Positions 27,304 through 36,717 of a DNA stretch of 64,000 nucleotides are shown in pieces (the stretch's first letter is position 1; each line of letters opens with the position of its first letter). The stretch is from an uncultured Candidatus Micrarchaeota archaeon (GTDB taxonomy: Archaea; Micrarchaeota; Micrarchaeia; Anstonellales; Bilamarchaeaceae): NCBI GenBank assembly GCA_963714085.1, contig OY970229.1, positions 896,001-960,000 on the forward strand, given 5' to 3'. Below the pieces are notes generated by a model that was given only the letters and a program-made list of their open reading frames with translations, made no database searches and had not been told where the DNA came from. The translations under genes and the position numbers were made by a program.

Positions 27304-29103
27304 TCATTCCGATACGGCGGGGTATTGCGCCCTTAATTCTTCCAGCGCGTGGATCGCGTTGTAGCCCTTCACAAAGGCCTCGATGGATGCTCTGACCGTG
27401 TCCGTGCCGACAACTGAAGACTCGACCTCCGATTCTCCCTTTTTGACGCTCATGGTGATTCTTCCCCGGGCGTCGCTTCCCCCGCCTATCCCGTGGGATT
27501 CGTAGGACGAGATTTCCACGCCCGTGCCATTGCCTATGGCAGCCCGGATCGCTTTTACTCCCGCATCCACAGGACCGTCTCCGCTGCTGTCCTCGCCAAC
27601 GACGTCTTCTCCATTGACCCTGACCCTCACGCGCGCATAACGCCCCGCATCTCCGGTCCTGACCTCCTCGACGCGGACGTCATCGACCAGGCTGCACGGC
27701 TTGTCCATCACCGCGGCGTAAGTCATGAGGAGGAAGTCCGCGTCGCTCACCGCGCTGGCCGCGGCCATCTCCTTCACTGCAGCCAGGATGACCGGCACCG
27801 TATCCTGCGGGACGCTGATGCCGAATTCATCCAGCTTGAGGACGATGCTCTTGTTCCCGGCGAGCCCACCTACTTCGACAGTCTCCTTTCTGCCTATTAT
27901 CTCCGGGGCGTAAGCTATGTACACACTTCCTCTGTCCCTTCTGTCAGACTCTGCGTTCTGCGTGACGGTCTTTTTGCTTTTGAAAACCCCGTCGGCGTGG
28001 ACGCCCGCCGTGTGCGACCCCGCCTTTATCCCGACGTACGACGCGTTCGGCGCAGGTCCGACCCCGAACCGTTCTGTCACGAAAGCGGACATCCTGGCCA
28101 GTTGGCTCACGTCAAAGTACTCAATGCCGTAGTTGAGGTACATATACATTGCCACCTGCTCCATCGACGCGTTCCCCGTCCTCTCGCCCACCCCGTGCAT
28201 CGTGACCTGCGCCACGTCCACTCCGGCGAGCATGGCCGCGATCGTGTTCTGCACCGCCATGCCCATGTCGTTATGGCAGTGCACCTGGAGAGGCAGTTCG
28301 GGGATTTCCGAGCGGATATACGATATGAGGCCGTACATGTAGGCCGGGTCGCACACTCCGATGGTGTCCGGGATGTTGTACTGGATGCCATGGCCACCGG
28401 CTGCTTCGTATACCCTCTTCCCTACCTCCACGATATGGGCCGGGTCCGCCCTCGCCGCGTCCTCGAGCGACACTATGATGTTGCCGAACTCCCTTTGCCC
28501 GGGGTCGAAGCCCTTCCCCCTGGCGTATCTCACGCATTCCACGATATGCTCTATGAGCTCTTCCGGCATCTTGTCGAATTTCACCCATGCGTGCGGGATG
28601 GAGCCAGAGGAGTAGATGTGCATAGTGTGCGCCTCCGCTTCTATCGCGGCGTCTATGTCCCTCTGCACCATGCGGCCGAGGCTGACGATTTCGGTCTTCA
28701 TGCCGGCTTCCCGCACCATCCGCCTCACCGTCCTTATGGCCTCGATCTCGCCCGGGTTGCTCACTGCATTGCCGACCTCTATTATAGGTATGCCGCAGCG
28801 GGCCAGCATCATGCAGATGTCGACCTTGTTCTCGACCACCGACCTTCCGGTCTGCTCGGTGATGAAGGCCTCCCTGGTCTGCATGCCGTCCCTGGCCGTG
28901 GTCTCGAATAACTTCTTTCTTCTGAGCCTTGCTACGGTCTCCCCGTCCCGTGCGACCATGGCACGGCCATATCCGTCGGCATAAGGCCCTATCACCTCGA
29001 GATACTTGTTCTTTCTCTCTTCCCACCACCCGAATTTCCTCACCGCATCCGGCATCGCCCTGATTGCCGGGCGCGCCATAACAATCCTTTGTCCGTTTTG
29101 CAT
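27304..29103 (-). CDS. leuA: 2-isopropylmalate synthase / citramalate synthase family (DRE-TIM) with C-terminal allosteric domain
   Basis: ETTARDGMQ, PDTIG, HCHNDMGMA, GVGERTGNA, regulatory GDGPVDA. ATG 29103 lies 6 nt after SD GAGGTG. leuA versus cimA not resolved. Confidence 0.8.
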   Translation of the reverse strand: MQNGQRIVMARPAIRAMPDAVRKFGWWEERKNKYLEVIGPYADGYGRAMVARDGETVARLRRKKLFETTARDGMQTREAFITEQTGRSVVENKVDICMMLARCGIPIIEVGNAVSNPGEIEAIRTVRRMVREAGMKTEIVSLGRMVQRDIDAAIEAEAHTMHIYSSGSIPHAWVKFDKMPEELIEHIVECVRYARGKGFDPGQREFGNIIVSLEDAARADPAHIVEVGKRVYEAAGGHGIQYNIPDTIGVCDPAYMYGLISYIRSEIPELPLQVHCHNDMGMAVQNTIAAMLAGVDVAQVTMHGVGERTGNASMEQVAMYMYLNYGIEYFDVSQLARMSAFVTERFGVGPAPNASYVGIKAGSHTAGVHADGVFKSKKTVTQNAESDRRDRGSVYIAYAPEIIGRKETVEVGGLAGNKSIVLKLDEFGISVPQDTVPVILAAVKEMAAASAVSDADFLLMTYAAVMDKPCSLVDDVRVEEVRTGDAGRYARVRVRVNGEDVVGEDSSGDGPVDAGVKAIRAAIGNGTGVEISSYESHGIGGGSDARGRITMSVKKGESEVESSVVGTDTVRASIEAFVKGYNAIHALEELRAQYPAVSE

Positions 29104-29301
29104 GAACCACACCTCTTTTTTTGTTTTTCACGACGCAGGAAAAAAGCAAGGCTAAGGGTATTTTTTCTATAAATCCGGGGTTCTAAGTGTGGTGTGGCCG
29201 CTAGGCCAGCAAAAGGAGCAGGCTGAGCGTGATGGAATTAGAGCTGATTTTTCCGCTCATGGCTTGCATACTGGTTCTTTGTGTAAGCAAGATTTTTTAA
29301 A
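29104..29301 (-). promoter_or_regulatory. Candidate leucine attenuator leader region (TATA, leader ORF, anti-SD, U6 tract, SD)
   Basis: TTTAAA from 29301; leader ORF 29269-29201; GGCCACACC (29199-29191) complementary to GGTGTGGTT (29113-29105), which overlaps the SD; U6 at 29145-29140. Confidence 0.7.
29201..29269 (-). CDS. Leucine-rich leader peptide MQAMSGKISSNSITLSLLLLLA (22 aa)
   Basis: Manual translation. Five consecutive Leu codons (CTG CTC CTT TTG CTG) just before the stop, 97 nt upstream of the leuA ATG. Confidence 0.75.
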   Translation of the reverse strand: MQAMSGKISSNSITLSLLLLLA

Positions 29302-29316
29302 GGCTACCTGCCGCGC

Positions 29317-29592
29317 CTAATCCGATTTTATCCACGTCTGGTAGTCCTTCATGCTCATCTCTATGGGCATGCCGCTGTAGCCGCATTTCGGGCAGTTGAT
29401 CTTGCTCGCCATGGAAGTCGTGCCCATGAGGGAGAGTGAGTCCATCTCGTAGTCCCCTTCGCTCACCGGTCGCTTGCACTTCGGGCAGACAAGGACGTCG
29501 TGGCTCTCGTCGCCTTTCTCGGCCTTCTCTATCTCCTTGTCCTCCTCATCGATTTCCTTGTCGAGCTCCTCTTCTTCGGTTTTCTTGGCCAT
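29317..29592 (-). CDS. Small acidic zinc-ribbon protein
   Basis: Start corrected to MAKKTEEEE; CPKC ... CPKCGY. Confidence 0.75.
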   Translation of the reverse strand: MAKKTEEEELDKEIDEEDKEIEKAEKGDESHDVLVCPKCKRPVSEGDYEMDSLSLMGTTSMASKINCPKCGYSGMPIEMSMKDYQTWIKSD

Positions 29593-29659
29593 GTGATCAT
29601 CTTCATTTGTTTCTTCGGGGAAGTTAATAAAGATTGCCTGAGACTCATGTCCGAGGTCT

Positions 29660-32600
29660 ATGAGGCGCATCGTCCTCCTGTTGTTATTGGTATCCATCGC
29701 GTTCGCGTCCAATGTCACCACCAGTCCGCAGGATGCTGCGTATAACACTGCCAATGTCACTGGACCGTCCCATGATTATTACATCGTCAGCTTCAACGGG
29801 CCCATAACCGACGCGCAAAGGGCCAGCGTGGAATCCTCGGGATTGGAAATCGTTGGCTATGCCGGGGACTACTCCTATGTCGCGAGGACGCCCATCGGAG
29901 CCGTCCCCACAGCCTCGGGTTTCAGCATCGAGAAGATGGGGAACAAACCGATGAAAGCCATGTCAAGCATGGCCTTGGCGACAAACAGCACGCTTTTGGA
30001 AAACATAATCGTGGTTCTCTACCCTGGCGAGGATGCCGACGGGATGGTGAACGCGATAAGCGCCATAGCGCCCGCGGAAAAGTACGATGAAAAGACTGTA
30101 GTCGTCCCATCCGCCACCGAGGACCAGCTTTCGGAGATACGTTCCATTCCCGGGGTCATAGGAGCCGATCCCAAGATGCCAAATCAAGTCTTCAATAATT
30201 ACGCGGCACCGGTACTTGGTGTGAGCGATGTCTGGTCACGGCTCGGTCTGAACGGGAACAGCACGATTGTGGCGATTGGGGATACTGGCCTCGACACCGG
30301 AAACCTATCCACGATGCATATTGATTTCCGTGGGAGGGTCAACATAAGCGCATGGTGCGACGGGGCAGGGCATGGCTATACATGTTCTGGTAATCCGACT
30401 GGCAAGGACCTGATGGGTCACGGAACGCACGTTTGCGGTTCGGTTCTCGGGGGCGGGAACGCGAGTGGCGGTGTAATCAAAGGCATGGCGTTTGGGGCCA
30501 AGCTGTTCATGCAAAGCCTTAATCCTGACGGGACCGATAGCATTTACACGCCAGACAACCTGGAGCTGTTATTCAATGAATCGTACAATGCCAATGCTAG
30601 TTTGCACTCGGATTCCTGGGGTGATAATTACTATCACTATGATAGCTCTAGCTCATATTTCATAGATGATTTTTCATACCAACATCCAGATTTCCTAATC
30701 CTTTTCGCAGCAAGCAACAATGGATCGGCTGGTGCAGACACAATATCCTCTGAGGGCCAAGCTAAGAACGACATAACCGTAGGTGCTGTCGGAACTACAC
30801 GAACGACTCCCTCAGACCCATATTCTACTGGTCCTGGCGTCGTTTCATCATTCTCATCAATAGGTCCGACATCTGATGGTAGGTACAAGCCAGACCTCAT
30901 GGCTCCGGGAGACAACATACTTTCCACCAAGTCATCTGCCACGGGGGTCTGGGCCTGCAATACGGCATGCGGTAGCGCATGTAATTCCTCATATGCGTCT
31001 TCCTATGCGTTTTGCTCAGGCACTTCCATGGCGACCCCGTTGTCAACCGGAAGCGCAACGCTGGTCCGGGATTATCTGATAAAAAACATGTCCATGGTAG
31101 ATCCTCCGTCCGCCCTGATTAAAGCTATTCTCATCGCCGGGGCCGAAGACCTGCCTTCCTATGGCGCTTCCCCGAATTTCAACTCCGGTTTTGGAAGGAT
31201 CAACCTTTCGGAATCGCTTCCACAAGGAAAGCAGGTAATGAACTTCACTTTGGGGAACATAAGCACCAATACTTCGATCTCTCTGCAGTACCATTTCAGG
31301 ACCAGCAACAGAACAAGATTCGCGCTTGTTTGGACGGACCCTGCTTGCATAAGCAGTTGTGACGCCAAGGCGCTGGTGAACGACCTTGACCTCGCCGTGA
31401 CGCTTCCGAACGGGACTCTCTTCTACGGTAACAGCAGGGGAAACAGTTCCGCAGGGCCTGACAGGAAGAACAATGTGGAAATGGTGGAGCTCAACCCGGT
31501 GCCCGGGCGGTATACCGTGAACGTCTCAGGGTATAGTGTGCCGATTGGACCGCAGGCATTCTCTTTGGTTGTAATTGGCGGAATCGACCCGGATGCGCCG
31601 AGCATCAGCATCTCCAGCCCGGCGAATACGACCTATTTCGTTAACACTGTCAACCTAACTTTCCAGGTCAACGACAGCGACCTGAATTCCTGCTGGTATT
31701 CTCTCAACGGAGCGGGCCCTACCGCGCTGCCTAACTGTTCCAATACGACCATCGGCCCCGTAGTGGACAATAGTTACAATCTCTCCGTATTCGCCAACGA
31801 CTCGGGAGGGAATGTGAACAGCTCGAACGTAACGTTCGTCATAGCCGCAGCACCGAACGTAATCATCAACTCCCCGGTCAACACGACGTACAATTACGCT
31901 TCCATCCCTATCGACATCAACGTGACCGCTCCCACGAACGTCAGCGCGACATGGTTCTTCAACGGCACAGTGAACGAAACCTACAACGGAACGGTGAACC
32001 GGACTTACAGCGACGGGCAACACACCCTCATCGCATACGCGAACGATACGCTCGGAGATAACTCAAGCGTCAGCGTCTCATTCACAGTGGACACGACCCC
32101 GCCGATTGCCAACCAGATATTTCCCCTGCAAGGTTATCTCACCAATGCTTCGGCAATAAACTTCAGCTTCACAGCTGTCGACAACCTGTCAACAACCATG
32201 AACTGCTCGTTGTACATCGACAATTTCCTGAATCGGTCGAATGCAACGACTCAGAACAATACGCTAACTAATTTTTCAGTCTTGGGCATACCAGACGGCA
32301 GGCACAACTGGAGCATAAGCTGCACCGACCAGGCGAACAATACCAATATGAGCGCGACCAGTAATTTCACAGTGGACACAACGCCCCCAAGCACCATCCA
32401 AATATTCCCTTTGCAAGGCTACCTCACCAACGTCTCAACGATAAACTTCAGCTTCACCGCAGTAGACAACCTGGCCTCGATAATGAACTGCTCGTTGTAC
32501 ATCGACAATTTCCTGAATCGGTCGAATGCAACGACTCAGAACAATACGCTAACTAATTTTTCAGTCTTGGGCATACCAGACGGCAGGCACAACTGGAGCA

Positions 32601-34372
32601 TAAGCTGCACCGACCAGGCGAACAATACCAATATGAGCGCGACCAGTAATTTCACAGTGGATACGACCGCCCCGATGATCATCCTCAACTCACCCGCCAA
32701 CCTATCCTTGTTCAACATCCAGAACGTAACCTTCAACTTCACCACGGTGGACAATCTGGCTCCACCAATGAACTGCTCGATTTTCCTAGACAACGTCCTG
32801 AACTCGACCAACCCATTGGTGAACAACGACACAGCGGCCAGCTTTCTGATTAGTGGCATAAGCGACGGCAACCACACCTGGTACGTTGCGTGCACTGATA
32901 ACGCCAATAACACAGGCCCGAGCGCAACCTGGAACTTCAGCGTCGGCACGATTCCGCCAACAATCTCAGGCATCTCAAACATAATCCAGACAGCGACCAA
33001 CCTGACTTCGAACGTGACTTACAGCCCCACCGCAAAAGACGAGTACAACGCCTCCGTCAACGTGTCATGCACACCTGCTTCCGGCTCACTATTCCCAATC
33101 GGAACTACTATGGTGAACTGCACCGCAACCGACGCCTACAACAACGCGGCTAATGAATCATTCAACGTGACCGAGAACCCGGGCGCAACGGCCCCGACAA
33201 TCTCAAACATCCAGAACATAACTGATACCGCAGTGACTCCTGCCGGAACTATAGAGAATTACACCCCCACAGCGGAGGACGAGTACAACGCATCGGTCAA
33301 CGTGTCATGCACGCCTCCATCTGGGTCACTCTTCCCGATAGGGACTACGCATGTGAACTGCAGCGCGACGGACATCTACGGCAACACGGCCAATGCGGCA
33401 TTCAACGTGACGGAGAACACAAACCCACCGAACATAGCGCTCAGCAGCCCTGCAAACGGAGCTTCTTACACGTCAAGCGCGCCCCTCAACGTGACCTTCA
33501 ACTTCACGGCGACTGAACCGGCGACTCCAACAATGAACTGCTCGCTTTACCTGGGCGGGCTGCTCAACTACACTAATGATAGCGTCGTAGGTGGCTTCCC
33601 CAACCAGATAATCGTGCTGATGGAGCTCGGAAGCCATATCTGGAACGTCACCTGCCAGGATATCTACAATAATACGAACTCATCAGCGACCTACGGCTTC
33701 ACGATAGCTGCACCTGCGCCGGCCCCGGCGCCTTCGTCCGGAGGAGGCGGGGGTGGCGGAGGAGGCGGCGGTGGGGGTGGTGGAGGCGGTGGCGGAGGTG
33801 GCGGCGGCGCAGCGATCGCACCCACGGCGAACATCACACTCGAGCATCCAATCCCTTCGGCAAACGCGTGCAAGCTTGACAGAGACTGCAATAGCAGCGA
33901 TGCCTGCTTCGGCGGCATATGCAGGCAGCTGAACGGCACATGCGGTTTCGCCGCCAACCATACCTGGAATTCGTATCAATGCTGCTCCGACGCCATGTGC
34001 CCCACGGACTCCGAGTGCAACAACAACTCCTGCGTCATCTACGAGGCGCCCCAGGTCCAGCCTGAGGTCGAGAACAAGACGGTGTATGTGACGGAGCAGC
34101 CGTGCCAATGCAGGCTCTTCGGGATGTGCTCGCCGACCGGCTCGCCGACTATAGCAGGCAGCTGCTGGTACAACCCCGCGATTGCCGCCATCGTTGCAAT
34201 CATAATACTCGGCTTCGCGTACCGCATCGCGACCATGATAAATATCGGGCGCGGGAAAGCGGAGACCAATACCCAAGAGCCCAAAGGCGGGGGAACACCT
34301 GGCAAAAAGCACAAGAGGAAGAGGAAAGCGCAAACTGCAGCGTCTTCCACGCCGCCCATGAGCGGGGCATAG
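29660..34372 (+). CDS. Secreted, membrane-anchored S8 subtilase (Kp43-like) with Ig-like/HYR stalk, poly-Gly linker and Cys-rich domain
   Basis: Signal peptide; triad motifs GDTG, HGTHV, GTSMATP; KPDLMAPG; C-terminal TM plus KKHKRKRK tail. Confidence 0.93.
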   Translation: MRRIVLLLLLVSIAFASNVTTSPQDAAYNTANVTGPSHDYYIVSFNGPITDAQRASVESSGLEIVGYAGDYSYVARTPIGAVPTASGFSIEKMGNKPMKAMSSMALATNSTLLENIIVVLYPGEDADGMVNAISAIAPAEKYDEKTVVVPSATEDQLSEIRSIPGVIGADPKMPNQVFNNYAAPVLGVSDVWSRLGLNGNSTIVAIGDTGLDTGNLSTMHIDFRGRVNISAWCDGAGHGYTCSGNPTGKDLMGHGTHVCGSVLGGGNASGGVIKGMAFGAKLFMQSLNPDGTDSIYTPDNLELLFNESYNANASLHSDSWGDNYYHYDSSSSYFIDDFSYQHPDFLILFAASNNGSAGADTISSEGQAKNDITVGAVGTTRTTPSDPYSTGPGVVSSFSSIGPTSDGRYKPDLMAPGDNILSTKSSATGVWACNTACGSACNSSYASSYAFCSGTSMATPLSTGSATLVRDYLIKNMSMVDPPSALIKAILIAGAEDLPSYGASPNFNSGFGRINLSESLPQGKQVMNFTLGNISTNTSISLQYHFRTSNRTRFALVWTDPACISSCDAKALVNDLDLAVTLPNGTLFYGNSRGNSSAGPDRKNNVEMVELNPVPGRYTVNVSGYSVPIGPQAFSLVVIGGIDPDAPSISISSPANTTYFVNTVNLTFQVNDSDLNSCWYSLNGAGPTALPNCSNTTIGPVVDNSYNLSVFANDSGGNVNSSNVTFVIAAAPNVIINSPVNTTYNYASIPIDINVTAPTNVSATWFFNGTVNETYNGTVNRTYSDGQHTLIAYANDTLGDNSSVSVSFTVDTTPPIANQIFPLQGYLTNASAINFSFTAVDNLSTTMNCSLYIDNFLNRSNATTQNNTLTNFSVLGIPDGRHNWSISCTDQANNTNMSATSNFTVDTTPPSTIQIFPLQGYLTNVSTINFSFTAVDNLASIMNCSLYIDNFLNRSNATTQNNTLTNFSVLGIPDGRHNWSISCTDQANNTNMSATSNFTVDTTAPMIILNSPANLSLFNIQNVTFNFTTVDNLAPPMNCSIFLDNVLNSTNPLVNNDTAASFLISGISDGNHTWYVACTDNANNTGPSATWNFSVGTIPPTISGISNIIQTATNLTSNVTYSPTAKDEYNASVNVSCTPASGSLFPIGTTMVNCTATDAYNNAANESFNVTENPGATAPTISNIQNITDTAVTPAGTIENYTPTAEDEYNASVNVSCTPPSGSLFPIGTTHVNCSATDIYGNTANAAFNVTENTNPPNIALSSPANGASYTSSAPLNVTFNFTATEPATPTMNCSLYLGGLLNYTNDSVVGGFPNQIIVLMELGSHIWNVTCQDIYNNTNSSATYGFTIAAPAPAPAPSSGGGGGGGGGGGGGGGGGGGGGGGAAIAPTANITLEHPIPSANACKLDRDCNSSDACFGGICRQLNGTCGFAANHTWNSYQCCSDAMCPTDSECNNNSCVIYEAPQVQPEVENKTVYVTEQPCQCRLFGMCSPTGSPTIAGSCWYNPAIAAIVAIIILGFAYRIATMINIGRGKAETNTQEPKGGGTPGKKHKRKRKAQTAASSTPPMSGA
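32081..32661 (+). repeat. 285-bp-period tandem domain duplication with an identical ~179-bp core
   Basis: 32198-32376 matches 32483-32661 base for base by eye; FTVDTT junctions at 32081, 32366 and 32651. Confidence 0.92.
33740..33808 (+). repeat. GGN x23 poly-glycine tract
   Basis: 23 consecutive Gly codons with mixed third positions. Confidence 0.95.
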
Positions 34373-34465
34373 CGCTGCGATATGGTTTATATTCCTAACT
34401 GGAGACTTCCTTTAGTAGTCCCGATGCAAAACGGATGATCGTATCAAAAAGAGGCATGTGAGCGT

Positions 34466-35437
34466 ATGGCGATAATCAGCTGCAAGGCCCTCACGAAACG
34501 GTATGAGACCAAGGTCGTCGCAGTGGACGCGCTGGACCTGGACATAGAGGAGGGTGAGGTCTTCGGCCTGCTGGGCCCGAACGGCGCAGGCAAGACTACG
34601 ACCATCTCCATGCTCTGCACGCTCATACATTCCACTTCGGGGCAGGCCCTGGTGGCCGGCTTCGACATAAAGAAGCAGCCCTCCGAGGTGAGGCGGAACA
34701 TAGGGATCGTGTTCCAGGAGCCCAGCGTGGACGATTTGCTCACCGGCAGGGAGAACCTCGAGCTCCACGGCAGGCTCTATAACATGAAGGACCTGGACAG
34801 GAACGCGCGCATAAAGGAGATGCTCGAGCTGGTCGGGCTCACCGACCGCGCGGACGACCTTGTCAGGGAATACTCAGGAGGCATGCGCAGGCGCTTAGAG
34901 ATCGCCCGCGGCCTCATGCACAGGCCGAAGGTGCTTTTCCTCGATGAGCCTACGCTGGGCCTGGACCCGCAGAGCAGGACGCACATCTGGGATTACATCA
35001 AGAAATTGTCCAAGGAGCACGGCACGACCATGGTGCTCACCACCCACTACATGGAGGAGGCGGACCTCCTCTGCAACCGCATAGGCATTATCGATTTAGG
35101 CAAGATAATCGCGCTCGGCACCCCGCGCGAGCTCAAGAGCAAGATCGGGGAGGACATCGTCAGGCTGAAAGGGGTGGTGGACCCGGCCCCGATCAAGAAG
35201 CTCAAATTCGTGAAGAAGGTCGCCCAGTCGGACGGCGTGACCACGGTCGCGCTGGTGGACGCGCCCGCGAATCTCCAGGCCCTGCTGAAAGTCATAGGCA
35301 AGGTCGACTACGTGGAGGTGCGCGAGGTCACGCTCAACGACGTGTTCCTCCATTACACCGGCAAGGAGATACACAAGGAGGAGGGCGAGGGCGGCTGGTT
35401 CGAGCGCGTGGCGCGCTCAGGTGGTAACCGTGCTTGA
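34466..35437 (+). CDS. ABC exporter ATP-binding subunit (DrrA-like)
   Basis: GPNGAGKTT, YSGGMRRRL, FLDEPTLGLD, TTHYMEEA. Confidence 0.95.
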   Translation: MAIISCKALTKRYETKVVAVDALDLDIEEGEVFGLLGPNGAGKTTTISMLCTLIHSTSGQALVAGFDIKKQPSEVRRNIGIVFQEPSVDDLLTGRENLELHGRLYNMKDLDRNARIKEMLELVGLTDRADDLVREYSGGMRRRLEIARGLMHRPKVLFLDEPTLGLDPQSRTHIWDYIKKLSKEHGTTMVLTTHYMEEADLLCNRIGIIDLGKIIALGTPRELKSKIGEDIVRLKGVVDPAPIKKLKFVKKVAQSDGVTTVALVDAPANLQALLKVIGKVDYVEVREVTLNDVFLHYTGKEIHKEEGEGGWFERVARSGGNRA

Positions 35438-36194
35438 ATTCCATGGCATATACGCGGTGTGGAAGCGCGAGCTGCTGGTCTACCTTAGGGAGAAGGAGAG
35501 GGTGATAGGCTCCTTCGTGTCCCCGCTGCTCTGGCTCTTTGTGTTCGGGAGCGGCGTAGGCGCCAGCATGTACGCCGGCACAGCGATAACCGGAAGCTAC
35601 CAGGCGTACATATTCCCGGGCATACTCACGATGTCCGTGCTCTTCGTGTCCATGTTCTACGGATTGTACATCATCTGGGACAGGAGGCTCGACTTCCTCA
35701 AGGAGGTCCTCGTTGCGCCGGTCTCGCGGAGCAGCATATTCGTCGGGAAGGTGTCCGGAGGGATGTCCGATTCGCTCATCCAGGGCTTCATAATCATGGT
35801 CATAGGCGCGATTTTCATAGTCAGCCTCAGCCCGCTGCAGTTCATCGGGACGCTGCTCATACTCGCGCTGCTGACCTACTTCACGACCAGTCTCGGCCTG
35901 ATAATAGGCGCCAGCCTGGAGACCCAGGAGGGCTTCGCGCTTGTGATGAACTTCGTCATGTGGCCCATGTTCTTCTTCAGCGGCGCGCTGTTCCCGGTCT
36001 CCCAGCTTCCGGCGTACCTGAAGCCCATCAGCCTGATCAACCCGGTCACCTACGCTGTGGACGCCCTGCGGACCGTGGTCCTCGGGCAGTCCATCTTCCC
36101 GTTCTATCTGGACATCGTCATCCTGGTTGCGTTCTCCTTCGTGGCCTCGATAATAGGGGTAATGTCCTTCGGGAACCTGCAGCAGGCGAAATAG
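35430..36194 (+). CDS. ABC-2 type permease
   Basis: FPGILTM, WDRRLDFLKEVLVAP, FFSGALFP, NPVTYAVD. Probable GTG start at 35430. Confidence 0.92.
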   Translation: MLEFHGIYAVWKRELLVYLREKERVIGSFVSPLLWLFVFGSGVGASMYAGTAITGSYQAYIFPGILTMSVLFVSMFYGLYIIWDRRLDFLKEVLVAPVSRSSIFVGKVSGGMSDSLIQGFIIMVIGAIFIVSLSPLQFIGTLLILALLTYFTTSLGLIIGASLETQEGFALVMNFVMWPMFFFSGALFPVSQLPAYLKPISLINPVTYAVDALRTVVLGQSIFPFYLDIVILVAFSFVASIIGVMSFGNLQQAK

Positions 36195-36195
36195 G

Positions 36196-36663
36196 CTATC
36201 TGAGCTTCGCTGCGAAATCCCTGATCTTTATCCGGAAAGAGTCTTTCCCGGCCTCGCTGGCGGAGAGCGCGAGCGTGGCCAGGGGACCGATTCCGCACAC
36301 GGAGGCCATCTCGCGGAACGCGTCCTCGCTTCCTGTGCTGCCCTGCGTGCAGAAGAACGCGACTTTCCTCAGCGATGCTTTATTGGCGCTCAGATACGTC
36401 CGTATGGGCGTGGAGACGTTCCATCCCCAGACCGGGGTCCCGATGATCACGAGCTCGTATCGCGACGGATCTGACCTCATCTCCTTGATCCTCGTCAGGG
36501 CCTTCGTGCTCGAGTCCTTGCCGGCCATGATGAACCCCATCACGCCGTTCCTGTCCTTGGTGTCGAAAATCTCCTCGATATCGCATTTGAGCTCCGCAGC
36601 CAAGGCCTCCGCGACTTTCTTCGTTGTTCCGGTCCTGGAGTAATATATTATCAGGGTCTTCAT
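36196..36663 (-). CDS. Flavodoxin-like protein
   Basis: Start corrected to MKTLIIYYSRTGTTKKVA; IGTPVW; AFFCTQG. Confidence 0.9.
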   Translation of the reverse strand: MKTLIIYYSRTGTTKKVAEALAAELKCDIEEIFDTKDRNGVMGFIMAGKDSSTKALTRIKEMRSDPSRYELVIIGTPVWGWNVSTPIRTYLSANKASLRKVAFFCTQGSTGSEDAFREMASVCGIGPLATLALSASEAGKDSFRIKIRDFAAKLR

Positions 36664-36717
36664 GCAATCCCTTTCTCCTGCCTGGTTTTTATCGCTTATG
36701 TGCCAATATAACGATTT

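Noticed and set aside
32198..32661. Repeat pair as DGR template/variable region
   Set aside because: The cores are identical with no adenine-specific mismatches, both are in-frame domains, and there is no reverse transcriptase in the window.
33740..33808. G-rich tract as a phase-variable repeat or regulatory G-quadruplex
   Set aside because: Mixed GGN codons indicate selection for a poly-Gly linker, and there is no pure slippage-prone run.
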